Source: a virus
DNA: 64,000 nucleotides
Direction: 5' to 3' (one strand)
IMG/VR virus record: IMGVR_UViG_3300042902_000064
Location: 1-64,000 of that record
A program made the position numbers and the translations under genes. Shown here piece after piece: positions 27,683-37,718 of this stretch. Each line of letters begins with the position of its first letter. Positions within the stretch are counted from its first letter, which is position 1. The notes beneath the pieces were generated by a model. It was not told the origin of the DNA. It did no database searches and saw only the letters and a program-made list of their open reading frames with translations.

Positions 27683-29732
27683 TAAATAGCCCCGCACCGG
27701 GAAATCCGCCAAAAGGTAGAATACCGTTCTCTCCAAATCTTAAAGTACATCCATGTAAGGACTTACTGCAAGAATCTTCTAGTATATCCACAGTTGGATT
27801 ATCTGAAGCATCTGCCACAGCACCTCCAGCATAAGAACACTCAGAGCTTCTATACGACCAAGGACAAATATTCTGTATTATTTGTCTTTTAGGTACTTTA
27901 AGTCCTTCTACATCCCAGTTGGAAGATAGCTCAAACTCTATAAACGAAGCATTTTCAGATACTTTCCTATCTATATAGAATACATCGTCATCAAAGAATA
28001 CATTCGGATCTGCTAGCCTGTTCCCATCCGCAAAGTTAACTGCATCCAAGTACTTCATGAATGTTCTTTTACGATTAACCTTAGCACCAACTAAATCATC
28101 TAAGGTTCTGGCTAAAGAGCCAATAGTTCCAAGTATATTAGACACTGTTATTGTAGGTCTTGGTATTTCTCCATTACTACTAACATCAAAGCCTCTAGCC
28201 TCTATAGGGAATGGTAAGTATTCAATACCCTGCCATACTACGCTTGTGTGTAGCTCATTAGTACCAGCATGGAAGTAGTATATAGCATCTCCAAGCTCTG
28301 TTAAGTCTAAGCTGTATAAAGTTACCAAAGACCCCGCAGATAGTTCTTGAATATCTCTAGCAATATAAGGTGTTTCTTTATAGAAAACCTCTACCACTCT
28401 TTCTACAATATTAATAACTGCTGGAGGTATTGTTACTATTTGCGTTGCAGTATACACTATAGTGTCAAAGCTAGTTACAACTATATTCTCTACTGCGGCA
28501 ACAATACGTTCAATAGGTCTATGTACTGCAGAAGTAAGATTAGGCGTAATTAAGATAGAGTCTTGGGTTGTTACTATTTCTACGTTTTGTACTACTGTAG
28601 TTGCAAACTCGGTAACTACTAAACTACCTGTATCGGTAACTAGACCAGTATCTAAAGATAAACTTACCAGATTCTCTGTTAGTACTAAACTATCTGTTGT
28701 TACGGTTAAGTTAAGTAATATATTAATGCCAGCATCTAGCTCTGTTACTACTAGATTAGAGGTATTAAGGACAGTTAAATTTCTAGCTTCATTTACGTTA
28801 GTAGTATTTTCAGTTACAGTTAATGAATCGGTTGTTATATCTAACTGATTATTAAACTGAACAACAGCAGCATTCTCAACTATTGCTAGTACTTCAGTGT
28901 TTAAAGTAGTAAGATTCTGACTTACTTTAATATCAGATATATTAGTAGTAAGCGCTAAAGGTTGAGTGTTTACAGTTAATAAGTCTGTGCCAGCATTAAC
29001 ACTAGCTAAGTTTTCTGCTATAATCAAAGGATCCACGGCAGTAGCTACGCCCTGATTATCTTTAATACTAGTTACATTTTCAGATAATAGCAAACTAACA
29101 ATGTTAGGTACTACTATATTTATCTTGCCCTCATCAACAACTGCTGGAAACGTTGTTACTATAAAGCTGGGTGTATTAAGTGTTGACACGCCTAAGGCGT
29201 CATTAACATCGGATACTTGTTCTACTACTGCTAATCCTGGTGTATTTAAGGTAGTAAGTGCTAAATCTAAATCATCGGGCTTATTTACCCAATTTATAAA
29301 TTGGAACTCACCTGTAGTTCTACTAGTAGGTGACCCACCTGTAGCTGTGGCTACAATTTCAACCTCAACTAGTGAGCCGTTTGCTGTTCCAAGAAGCGAC
29401 GCGTTCCAAGCAATGGTACGAGAAGCTTCCGTAATACTAGCATGTGTCCAAGTATCAATAGCGGTTCCGCCATTAATTCTTGTTCCATTTTCTCTAAGAT
29501 AGGCATTAAAGGTAGTACTGGTTGCATTAACAGTAACCCTATACTTAACTGTAAAGCTTTGTAAGCCTGCCCCTGTAGTAGGGAGGTTTAAAGGAGTAGG
29601 AAAACTGACAGCAACTACGCTGTCAGTATTATTGCTTATTGCCGTTAACCATAAACCGTCGTCACTAGCTATATCAACTAGTGCGCCGGTTAGGTTGGTC
29701 TGTAGGAGTAATCCATCAGCTATTAAAGGCAT
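27675..29732 (-). CDS. lambda L-like minor tail protein with a ~440-aa N-terminal repeat extension
   Basis: The C-terminal ~240 aa aligns by eye along lambda L (WQGIEYLPFPIEARGFD, RPTITVSN, KYLDAVNF, CPWSYRSSECSYAG, CSKSLHGC). The N-terminus has no counterpart in lambda L. Confidence 0.85.
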   Translation of the reverse strand: MPLIADGLLLQTNLTGALVDIASDDGLWLTAISNNTDSVVAVSFPTPLNLPTTGAGLQSFTVKYRVTVNATSTTFNAYLRENGTRINGGTAIDTWTHASITEASRTIAWNASLLGTANGSLVEVEIVATATGGSPTSRTTGEFQFINWVNKPDDLDLALTTLNTPGLAVVEQVSDVNDALGVSTLNTPSFIVTTFPAVVDEGKINIVVPNIVSLLLSENVTSIKDNQGVATAVDPLIIAENLASVNAGTDLLTVNTQPLALTTNISDIKVSQNLTTLNTEVLAIVENAAVVQFNNQLDITTDSLTVTENTTNVNEARNLTVLNTSNLVVTELDAGINILLNLTVTTDSLVLTENLVSLSLDTGLVTDTGSLVVTEFATTVVQNVEIVTTQDSILITPNLTSAVHRPIERIVAAVENIVVTSFDTIVYTATQIVTIPPAVINIVERVVEVFYKETPYIARDIQELSAGSLVTLYSLDLTELGDAIYYFHAGTNELHTSVVWQGIEYLPFPIEARGFDVSSNGEIPRPTITVSNILGTIGSLARTLDDLVGAKVNRKRTFMKYLDAVNFADGNRLADPNVFFDDDVFYIDRKVSENASFIEFELSSNWDVEGLKVPKRQIIQNICPWSYRSSECSYAGGAVADASDNPTVDILEDSCSKSLHGCTLRFGENGILPFGGFPGAGLFNV

Positions 29733-29747
29733 TATTTACTCCTTATT

Positions 29748-30191
29748 TTATGCTAGGGTAAATAGTCCTGAACCGTTAAAAGTTATAGAAATATCACCTG
29801 TTTGTAGGCTAATAGGCGTTGCGCCTGCGTCTGTTGTCATATCAATAAAAGCTAAAGCATCTCCTGCCCCAACGCCAACCACAGTACTATATACTATAGC
29901 AGCCACAATATTTGTAGGACCAGACACATCCTTTACCCATGTGGGTACTGTAATGCTTCCACATGTTACTGTACCACCAGACTCTACCCATGTTAGCGCT
30001 ACTGAAATACCTCCAGCAACATAAGAGGTTCCGCCCGTTACTTCCGTAAAATCTCCAGTATCTGGGCTTGCTGTACCGACCGCAGGAAGAGTAGTAACCA
30101 GCATAACTTTAAAAGTATCTGCCTGTAGGTCTACTAAACCTGATATATTTTTCTTAGCTTCATTAAATACTGTTAAAGTACCTTGTGCCAT
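29748..30191 (-). CDS. hypothetical small tail-module protein inserted between the M-like and L-like genes
   Basis: ORF in the track; paralogue of 21473-21931. Confidence 0.45.
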   Translation of the reverse strand: MAQGTLTVFNEAKKNISGLVDLQADTFKVMLVTTLPAVGTASPDTGDFTEVTGGTSYVAGGISVALTWVESGGTVTCGSITVPTWVKDVSGPTNIVAAIVYSTVVGVGAGDALAFIDMTTDAGATPISLQTGDISITFNGSGLFTLA

Positions 30192-30206
30192 TTTATTTTC
30201 CTATTT

Positions 30207-30545
30207 TTAAGATTCATAGACTATATCAAAAGTAACCGATATAGTTCTAGTTATTGGGGATGAATAAACTTCTTTCCATGAGGATGCTACAACCTGTACT
30301 GCTGTTGCTTCGCCTGTAGGTGTCCAAGTAAAAGACTCTACACCTTTTCTAGCTTGAAAAAATGCTACAATTGCTGCAGAATCTTCTAAGCTTCTATTGT
30401 TGAAGCTTATGCTCCACTTTTTGCTGATAGTATTAATACCATCAGCCAATCTTTGAGAATACCCATCCCCAAACTGAGCAGACAGTACCCGAGGGGTACT
30501 ATCTGAAGAGAATGAAGTAGAAGGTATATATGTAAATGTTGCCAT
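30207..30545 (-). CDS. lambda M-like minor tail protein
   Basis: 112 aa. FGDGYSQR and W.P motifs as in lambda M. Directly downstream of the tape measure gene. Confidence 0.85.
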   Translation of the reverse strand: MATFTYIPSTSFSSDSTPRVLSAQFGDGYSQRLADGINTISKKWSISFNNRSLEDSAAIVAFFQARKGVESFTWTPTGEATAVQVVASSWKEVYSSPITRTISVTFDIVYES

Positions 30546-33500
30546 TATGCTAATAAGCCTCCTGGGCGTTTTTGTGTCATTATTTCAGCTTTAACCGTAT
30601 TAGAAATTAACTTAGCTAACTGTTTAGATTCTTCATAACTATTATTTCCGCTGCTACTAGAACTTTCATTGCCGTTAGCATCAATGCTTATATTAATTGT
30701 TATATCACCACCACCTGAGCCAGTCATATTAACTGGAATAGTTCTGCCGTCTGGTAGAGGCACAACAGCTTCGTTCATGCTTCCTTCACCCACTACACCT
30801 GGTTTAGTTGCTATACCACCTTTTGCGTGTGCTATTATATCAGTACCAACAAACATACTGTCGGCACCCAAACCGAAGCTTGTAGCTCCAGAAGCAGAAG
30901 TTATGCCTCCCGATAATGCCCCGGATACGCCACCTGTAAATACACCCAAAGCGGTAGATACTATAGTACCAAGTAAGCCGCCTGAAGAAGAAGAACCCCC
31001 TATAGAGTTAATAGCCCCGAAGATACCATTAAAAGCAGAGGTTAGGTTTTGCCATAAGCCTCCGAAAAGGTCTTTCATCCAATCCCACATACTACCAAAC
31101 ATGTCTTTTATCTTCTGAGTAACAGTAGTAAACATATTTGTAGTTTTCGTAGCATTCTCTACTGACTGCTTGCTGGGGTCTATACCTCTATTCCCTGCCA
31201 ATACCTCAACAGCATCTGCTGTTCTTTCTTGAGCACTGAGCATCTTTTCTTCATTAGTACTAAAGTCCTTATTAAACAAACTACTAGCTATCTGACGCAT
31301 ACCCAAGCTAACATCTTCTTTTAAGAACCCGGTAAGAGTATCATGCAGTGTTTCTGCTCCTGCTATAAACGCATCTTTTATAGACTGCATAACAGTAGAA
31401 TCACCAGAGAAACCCTCAACTAAAGCGTCTGTGAAAGCATCACTAGTTTTAGTGAAAGTTTGAACCATTCTATCAATATCATTAGTCATAGAATCAGTAA
31501 AAGTTTTAAGCTCTTTCTTTAATGCCTGACCAAATACGCCGATAGCAGCTTTATTATCTTCAAAGCTTCCAAATACACGGAAACTCTGAGTCTTTTTAAG
31601 TGCTTCGAACTCTTTTTCTTGTAAGGCTAAAGATTTGTTTTCATTATCAATTTTAAGCTTTTGGTAGTTTAAAGTATCTTGTTGAAGCTGCGCTTGTTGT
31701 TGTAGTAAAATTGTTGAGTATTCGGTTATTTCACCAGACTCTTTCATCTTATTTTGTTTTATTATTTCTAAATCTATCAACCTTTCCTGCTGTATAAGGT
31801 CAAAAGAAGCAGCCATTTCTTTTTGTCTATTTAACCCCTCTGTAGAGGTAACTATGTCACTAATATTCTGTAGTTGCTCTTCATAATTAGCTGTACCATA
31901 GCTCAACTGCTTATTCATAGCCTCAAGAGTAGAAACATTCAAGCTTAAGATAGCTGCCTCATTTTCAGAGTATTGCTGCCCAGACTTACGGGTAGCTGTA
32001 GCTCTTTCAATTGCTAAGTCTATACCTAATAGCTCACTTTTCTCTTTTTCAAGAAGACGTATAGACTCCGTCTGTGCAGCTACTTTAGCCTTCTGGGCAT
32101 TTATCTTATTAGTGTCATCGCCTAAAGCGTTTACTAACCTAGCTTGATAGTCTCTCTCGCTAGTAGCTACATCTATTTTAGTAGCCAGGATATCACGTTC
32201 TATAGTTCTTCTAGCATCAATTAAGTCTAAGTTTGTAGTTTCAAAATCCGATAATTTTTTAGATGCTGTAAGCTGTAAGCCTAGAGCGTTTAGTTTATCT
32301 TTATTTACAATATCAGATGTTTCTTTTATTTGTAAGCGTCTTTGCTCTGCTCTAACTTTAGCTATATCGCTTTCTACAGAAAACTCATCTAATTTAATAC
32401 CTAAGTATCTTTGAGTATTTGTGCTTAAAGAGGCTAAAAATGATATTTTTGCTTTGTCTCTAGTAAGGCTATTAGTTCCTGATATTTCATCAAGTACTGG
32501 AATACTGTCCAAAGCAGCAAGCCCAATATCAAATTCCCTCAACGTTTTAGAAACGGAAGAAACGTTAGATGCTGCTAGGGCTGCTTGAGATATGTTAGAA
32601 CTTATACCTTTTGAAGACTCCTCCATAGCATGAAAGTTACCTTGTAACATTCTAAGAGGTTTTGAAGCTTCTTCCATTGTGCTCTTTAAGACTAGTACCT
32701 GCTTAACTAGTGCTGTATAAATTTCTTCGTTTACTTTTGCTTCAGCTTCTACCCTAGTTTGGTCAAACCCCTGCTCCTTACTACCAAACTTTAGTTCGCC
32801 CGCATCCCTTCTAGCTCCAAAGGTTTTAAAACTTCCGGTACCTTCTTGTGCTGATTTTATATTTGCATCTAACTCTGGGTTCAGTGCTCTTACATCTACA
32901 TTAGTTACAGCTTTAGTTTGTGCTATTAACTTCTCTACCATCTCTAACTGACTAGTTATAAGTGAACTACCTCCTGTAACAGAGCTTAAAAACCTATCAA
33001 AGAATGTCATCTCTTTCATAGCGCCGGCTGCTTCTATTAGCTTATCCGCTGCCGTTTCCAAAGTACTAAAAGTATTTACTAACGCATCTATAAACTTTAC
33101 TTGACTAGTTAGGTCGTCTGGTGTATTATCTAAACCTCTGGCCAAAACTAGGCTTTTCTGTATACCTTCCTGCTCTTCTAAAAGTTTAGAACTTTCTTTA
33201 ATTGCAGTATTAAACTTATCATATGCAGGTGTTAATAATCCTACTGTTGTGGCTAGAAATTTGAAACCCTCAAAAGCTATAGTAAGGCCCGCTGCTATAG
33301 GTAGTAGCTTACTAAAAGCACTAAAGGCTACCTTACCAGCATAGGCTACAGAGCCTAGACCTGCAGCTAACTTAGAAGTTAAAGTGCCCGAAGAAAGGAC
33401 AGCAGACATATTCGCTCTAAAGGCTGTGAAAGAAACAGCGGCTAATCCTCCTTGTATCCCACGACTAAGTTCTTGTCCCATGCCTATAGCTGCAGCTTTG

Positions 33501-34897
33501 AATCTTGTAGTAAATATAGAGATATTAGTTGCAGCAGCACTAAGTCCGGTTTTTACACTTTCCTTTATCAGTGCCTGCCCTCTGACCGTTCCTGTCTCGT
33601 AGCCTTTTACTAATTCTCTAGCAAGATCAGTACTTATATTTTTTCCTCTAAACTCTACCGTATCTATACCATTCTCTACAGCAAACTTAGTTTTGTTTCT
33701 TAGACTGGCTATGTAAGGTTTTAAAGACTTATTAACTGCCGCTAAAAACTCAGAACCGCCAAGACCATCCTTAACAGCTTTAGCTATAGCAGAAGACCCG
33801 GTTCTAGAAAACTTAAGTATTTCTGGGTTACCTGCTAGTCTTGCTTTTAAGGCACTGCCAGACTTAGCTTTCTCCCCTTCTATGGAGGTGCCTAGAGAAT
33901 TTTTTAAGTCTATAGCTTTCTTTTTAAGAATATCAATTTGTGCAGCTGAATTAGCTATACTAGCAGATAGCTTATCTTGAAATGCATCTCCTAGGCTAGA
34001 GATAGCAGGTATTGCTAGTTGTAATAATGCAGAAGACATTGCAATAATAGCAATAGTAATTAAAGTGCTATTATCTGCTAAGAAACTAACTATACCAGTA
34101 ATTGGTCCAGATATGAAAGATAATATCTTTTGTCCTATATCTAGAAATTCTGCTGATAGTTTTTGGTAAGGTTTAGCAACGGCACCAATGTTAGCGTACT
34201 TATCTTCACCTTGTTCTAATACCTGATTAAGGATAGCTTGTGATTTTTCAAAGGTTGATAAGTCTTTAGCGGCTTTACCAATACTTTCACCATACTTCTC
34301 AGAAGCATCTGTAAGTCTTAGTATAATACCGAACTCATCTACTAACTCTGGCTCGCCTTTAACGACAGCCTGTACTAATCTATTTACAGCATCAGGAACA
34401 CTTCTACCTAAAACAGTAGCTGCCTTAACACCTATAGTAGTTAATCTCTCTAAACCGCCCTGAGAAATCCCAGCAGCAGTTGAAAGATTAGCTATACGCA
34501 TAGATTCAGCAAAGGTTAGTGCGCCATCACTTATTTCTTTTAAACTTCTAGCAACGCCAGCATAGTTTATACCTGTAGTTGCAGCTAATTGTCTTGCTGA
34601 CTCTTCCATTGCAGATAAATCAGCACTAACTTTTAATATATGAAAGGCAGCCGAAAGAGCAAACACATGTGCAGCAACGGTAGCATACGCTCTAACTATG
34701 CCCCCCATTCCTTGTGCCTGCTTAGAAAAATTCTTGGTATTGTTGGCCATGCCAGCAGTACCTTTATTCATTCTATCTATTTCACCGCTAGTATCTTTAG
34801 CAGATCTTTTTACTTTATCTAATCCGCCAGCTAGTTGTAAAACACCATCTGCGCGGACTTCAACTTTAAGCGTTTTAATTACTGTGCTATTTGCCAT
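30545..34897 (-). CDS. tail tape measure protein
   Basis: 1450 aa, long alpha-helical/coiled-coil sequence with hydrophobic Gly-rich segments. Sits after the chaperone pair and before the M-like gene. Confidence 0.85.
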   Translation of the reverse strand: MANSTVIKTLKVEVRADGVLQLAGGLDKVKRSAKDTSGEIDRMNKGTAGMANNTKNFSKQAQGMGGIVRAYATVAAHVFALSAAFHILKVSADLSAMEESARQLAATTGINYAGVARSLKEISDGALTFAESMRIANLSTAAGISQGGLERLTTIGVKAATVLGRSVPDAVNRLVQAVVKGEPELVDEFGIILRLTDASEKYGESIGKAAKDLSTFEKSQAILNQVLEQGEDKYANIGAVAKPYQKLSAEFLDIGQKILSFISGPITGIVSFLADNSTLITIAIIAMSSALLQLAIPAISSLGDAFQDKLSASIANSAAQIDILKKKAIDLKNSLGTSIEGEKAKSGSALKARLAGNPEILKFSRTGSSAIAKAVKDGLGGSEFLAAVNKSLKPYIASLRNKTKFAVENGIDTVEFRGKNISTDLARELVKGYETGTVRGQALIKESVKTGLSAAATNISIFTTRFKAAAIGMGQELSRGIQGGLAAVSFTAFRANMSAVLSSGTLTSKLAAGLGSVAYAGKVAFSAFSKLLPIAAGLTIAFEGFKFLATTVGLLTPAYDKFNTAIKESSKLLEEQEGIQKSLVLARGLDNTPDDLTSQVKFIDALVNTFSTLETAADKLIEAAGAMKEMTFFDRFLSSVTGGSSLITSQLEMVEKLIAQTKAVTNVDVRALNPELDANIKSAQEGTGSFKTFGARRDAGELKFGSKEQGFDQTRVEAEAKVNEEIYTALVKQVLVLKSTMEEASKPLRMLQGNFHAMEESSKGISSNISQAALAASNVSSVSKTLREFDIGLAALDSIPVLDEISGTNSLTRDKAKISFLASLSTNTQRYLGIKLDEFSVESDIAKVRAEQRRLQIKETSDIVNKDKLNALGLQLTASKKLSDFETTNLDLIDARRTIERDILATKIDVATSERDYQARLVNALGDDTNKINAQKAKVAAQTESIRLLEKEKSELLGIDLAIERATATRKSGQQYSENEAAILSLNVSTLEAMNKQLSYGTANYEEQLQNISDIVTSTEGLNRQKEMAASFDLIQQERLIDLEIIKQNKMKESGEITEYSTILLQQQAQLQQDTLNYQKLKIDNENKSLALQEKEFEALKKTQSFRVFGSFEDNKAAIGVFGQALKKELKTFTDSMTNDIDRMVQTFTKTSDAFTDALVEGFSGDSTVMQSIKDAFIAGAETLHDTLTGFLKEDVSLGMRQIASSLFNKDFSTNEEKMLSAQERTADAVEVLAGNRGIDPSKQSVENATKTTNMFTTVTQKIKDMFGSMWDWMKDLFGGLWQNLTSAFNGIFGAINSIGGSSSSGGLLGTIVSTALGVFTGGVSGALSGGITSASGATSFGLGADSMFVGTDIIAHAKGGIATKPGVVGEGSMNEAVVPLPDGRTIPVNMTGSGGGDITINISIDANGNESSSSSGNNSYEESKQLAKLISNTVKAEIMTQKRPGGLLA

Positions 34898-35282
34898 TTG
34901 TTTTATTAGCCTTTTTCTTAGCGTAATACGCTATGTTATCCTCGTCTATAAGCATTATATAGCCTAAATACACTGCTTGTAGATCTTGCGGTACTTCATA
35001 TAGTTTAAATAAATACTCAACCAAGGATAGATCTTTTCCCGTATAGAGACCAGAGAAACTATCTACAGTAGACTTTAGCAGTTTATATACTTGAAGAACC
35101 TGTAGAATATCAAAGGTTAGCTCTGAGTCCTCTACAGGCATTTCTTCTTCTATAGGCTCTGATCCTGTTATCTCACAGGATTCTAAATATCTAGCTTTAG
35201 TTAGCCCTTCTCTAGAGGCTGCGACAAATCTTGTTAATAAAGATATGTCTAATTCTATACGGTCTTGTTGAAAAGCGAAACA
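34887..35282 (-). CDS. T-like frame of the tail assembly chaperone (expressed as a G-T fusion by -1 frameshift)
   Basis: The frame of the 84-aa ORF stays open upstream to 35282. It overlaps the 3' end of 35255-35671 in the -1 frame. There is no start codon or SD in the extension. Confidence 0.6.
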   Translation of the reverse strand, partial: CFAFQQDRIELDISLLTRFVAASREGLTKARYLESCEITGSEPIEEEMPVEDSELTFDILQVLQVYKLLKSTVDSFSGLYTGKDLSLVEYLFKLYEVPQDLQAVYLGYIMLIDEDNIAYYAKKKANKTNGK

Positions 35283-35671
35283 TCATTGATAACAGCCATT
35301 AGCCAGTTATCAAAAGCTGTTGAGTTTTTTACAAGTGTAGTAGCCGCCTCTTCAGAGAAAGGAAACTCAGCTTCTGTATCTGTAACACTAGACAAGTCTA
35401 CAGGCATTAGTTCTGCTAAGTATTTGATTTTTAAACCTGTCCAGCCTTTTAAAGCTGCACCAACATATAACTTATAAAATAAGTCATCATCAATTGCTTC
35501 TTCTGGCAGACGGGTTGCTTTATTAAAGCCAATAGTTGTGGCTTGTTTTCTTAGTTTTTGTAGTAAATCTCTAGACATATATTGCAGACTGACTTCAAAC
35601 CCTTTAAGGTCTGGGTCTGGGTATGCGATTGTTATTAAAGAGCTTGCTGATAAAAGTGATTTTAATTCCAC
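35255..35671 (-). CDS. G-like tail assembly chaperone
   Basis: 138 aa, between the tube and tape measure genes. A downstream -1 frame ORF overlaps its end. Confidence 0.6.
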   Translation of the reverse strand: MELKSLLSASSLITIAYPDPDLKGFEVSLQYMSRDLLQKLRKQATTIGFNKATRLPEEAIDDDLFYKLYVGAALKGWTGLKIKYLAELMPVDLSSVTDTEAEFPFSEEAATTLVKNSTAFDNWLMAVINDVSLFNKTV

Positions 35672-35723
35672 GAATTTAATTCCATTATATATAAAGACCC
35701 TACCTCTACATACATTATATAAC

Positions 35724-35757
35724 TAAAAAAGCTAGCCGGGAGAGTAGGGCTCCCGGC
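35724..35757 (-). terminator. rho-independent terminator after the tube gene
   Basis: gccgggag / ctcccggc stem, with a T-run on the - strand. Confidence 0.7.
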
Positions 35758-35798
35758 AATACATGTCAACACGTACTTTCGCTCAAACTATTCGACTA

Positions 35799-37208
35799 CT
35801 ATGGAGTAGCGAAATATCTAACAAGTAATTCATCAGTAGTATCAATGTCCTGACCTAGAGCTGAGAAAGAAATATCTAACCCAAGAACGTCGGCAGTAGA
35901 TACTGCAGGAATTACCAAGTGTGTATGTTTCATATCAAACTCTACACGAGGAGTGGCGTTTCCACCAATTTTTAACAATAGCTCAAATTCTTGAGTAACT
36001 GTAGACGTATCTGAAACTAGGTCAGATAGTAAACCACCAGAGTTATTAGCGCCAGTGTTTAAGTAACAAGTTACACTTCCTGATACACTACGTGCGCCAG
36101 TGAAAGAACCAATAGGTGTGTTAACAACCCCAAGTTCTTCAGGAGTTAAGAATGTAACACCATTATCGATAGTTAAAGAACCACCAGTAATAGCGACTGT
36201 GTATGCTTTAAGAGTACCAGTTCCACCAGTTTGAGCACCAAGAGCAACAAACGAAGTAGTATCTAATGTAGTAAATAAATCATTTACTCCAGGCTCTGTT
36301 ACTGCAATACTTGAGCTAGCTCCTGAAGTTATAGAAGTAACAATTAAGTCTCCATCAACTAAAGCAATGTAAGCGTTATCTAGTTGTTGATTTATTTCAT
36401 TAATTACATCTGCTACTGTTCCTCCAGTAAGTACTGGAGATGTTGCTGCTGGGTCAATAGAAATAACTTGAGCTGCTCCACCGTCCACTGCAATCTCTGC
36501 TGTATAGATTGTAGCATCTACAAGAGTATGGAGGTTAGTAGTTAATAGAGTATTTCCAAAATCTACTGTCCAGTAAGCTGATGTGGTTCCTGTAGCTTTG
36601 CTTAAAGACATAACAGAAAGTTTATTAGTTATAAACTCTGCTGCTGTATCAATAGCTAGGAATTCTCCTGTTGTAGGGTAGGCTCCTGTTGCTTTCTCAG
36701 TTACTGCAGTTCCTTGACCAGACCATGCAATTGAAGCAATACCATCAATAGAGAAATCTACTTCAGCAGTATTAACAATTACATCTTCTACAAGATATGT
36801 AGTATTTTCTAAAACAAAGTAGAATTGTAGTTTTAATAGTTGATGAACGTTTGAATTTTCAAAGTCAGCCTCAAAATAGGTAGCACCAGATACTGTATTA
36901 GTATTTAAAGGCCCAGAACCTACTAAAGCTTCCCAAAGCACACGCTCTACAGCATTATGAGTAACATTATAAAAAGGTCTAGCATATGTGCTAATAGATA
37001 TAGCCGCTGGGTTTAACGCTGTATTAAAGATTTTCTTACCACGAACAGGTGCTTCACCTGCTTCTGATAAGGTAACTTCCTGCGTTGCTGCATCTTGTGA
37101 GAATGAGTATCCGTCTAATACAGGGATCTCAAACGTGTTGGCTGTTGACCAGCCAGTTTTAACAGTAGAAACATATAGTTTAGTACTGCGTGATAGGTTT
37201 AAAGACAT
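35799..37208 (-). CDS. major tail tube protein (T5 pb6-like)
   Basis: 469 aa. The N-terminus MSLNLSRSTKLYVSTVKTGWSTANTFEIPVLDGYSFSQDAATQEVTLSEAG closely resembles my memory of the T5 pb6 N-terminus. Its position upstream of the chaperones fits. A strong terminator follows. Confidence 0.75.
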   Translation of the reverse strand: MSLNLSRSTKLYVSTVKTGWSTANTFEIPVLDGYSFSQDAATQEVTLSEAGEAPVRGKKIFNTALNPAAISISTYARPFYNVTHNAVERVLWEALVGSGPLNTNTVSGATYFEADFENSNVHQLLKLQFYFVLENTTYLVEDVIVNTAEVDFSIDGIASIAWSGQGTAVTEKATGAYPTTGEFLAIDTAAEFITNKLSVMSLSKATGTTSAYWTVDFGNTLLTTNLHTLVDATIYTAEIAVDGGAAQVISIDPAATSPVLTGGTVADVINEINQQLDNAYIALVDGDLIVTSITSGASSSIAVTEPGVNDLFTTLDTTSFVALGAQTGGTGTLKAYTVAITGGSLTIDNGVTFLTPEELGVVNTPIGSFTGARSVSGSVTCYLNTGANNSGGLLSDLVSDTSTVTQEFELLLKIGGNATPRVEFDMKHTHLVIPAVSTADVLGLDISFSALGQDIDTTDELLVRYFATP

Positions 37209-37277
37209 TTAGATCTCCAATTTTTTAATTTAAACATATTAGTAGTTATCCGATAATTATCTTTATACGACTAATAC

Positions 37278-37718
37278 TTATTTGACTTGATATTGAACTA
37301 TCAAGTCTACTTCTGCTACGCCAAACGGAGCTAGAAGCCCCTGATCTGTTGTAATAGACCCTATTCGTAAATCTTCTATTTTATCACTAGTATCTGTATC
37401 AAAGATAAAGTGTATATTAGAATCTACTACGTATTCTATATCTTGTAGAATATTCTCTAATTGAATTAGCGGGTTTTCGTCTGAGTTAACATATATCTTT
37501 ATAGATACAGCTAAGTAACCCCATTTGAAGCTTCCAGGTAAATACTCACGCTGCTCGCTTCCCGGTATTACACATAAGTGAGGAAAGTCATTTACTTCGT
37601 CCCAAAAGATAAGCTTATTAGTAATATTATTATAAAGATTAGATGTATAAGGTGCACTCCCGTCTATTTCTTTTAATAGAGATATTAACTTCTCTGTAAT
37701 TTTAGACCTTGCTGACAT
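37278..37718 (-). CDS. putative tail terminator / tail completion protein
   Basis: Assigned from position and size only (146 aa, immediately upstream of the tube gene). Confidence 0.35.
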   Translation of the reverse strand: MSARSKITEKLISLLKEIDGSAPYTSNLYNNITNKLIFWDEVNDFPHLCVIPGSEQREYLPGSFKWGYLAVSIKIYVNSDENPLIQLENILQDIEYVVDSNIHFIFDTDTSDKIEDLRIGSITTDQGLLAPFGVAEVDLIVQYQVK

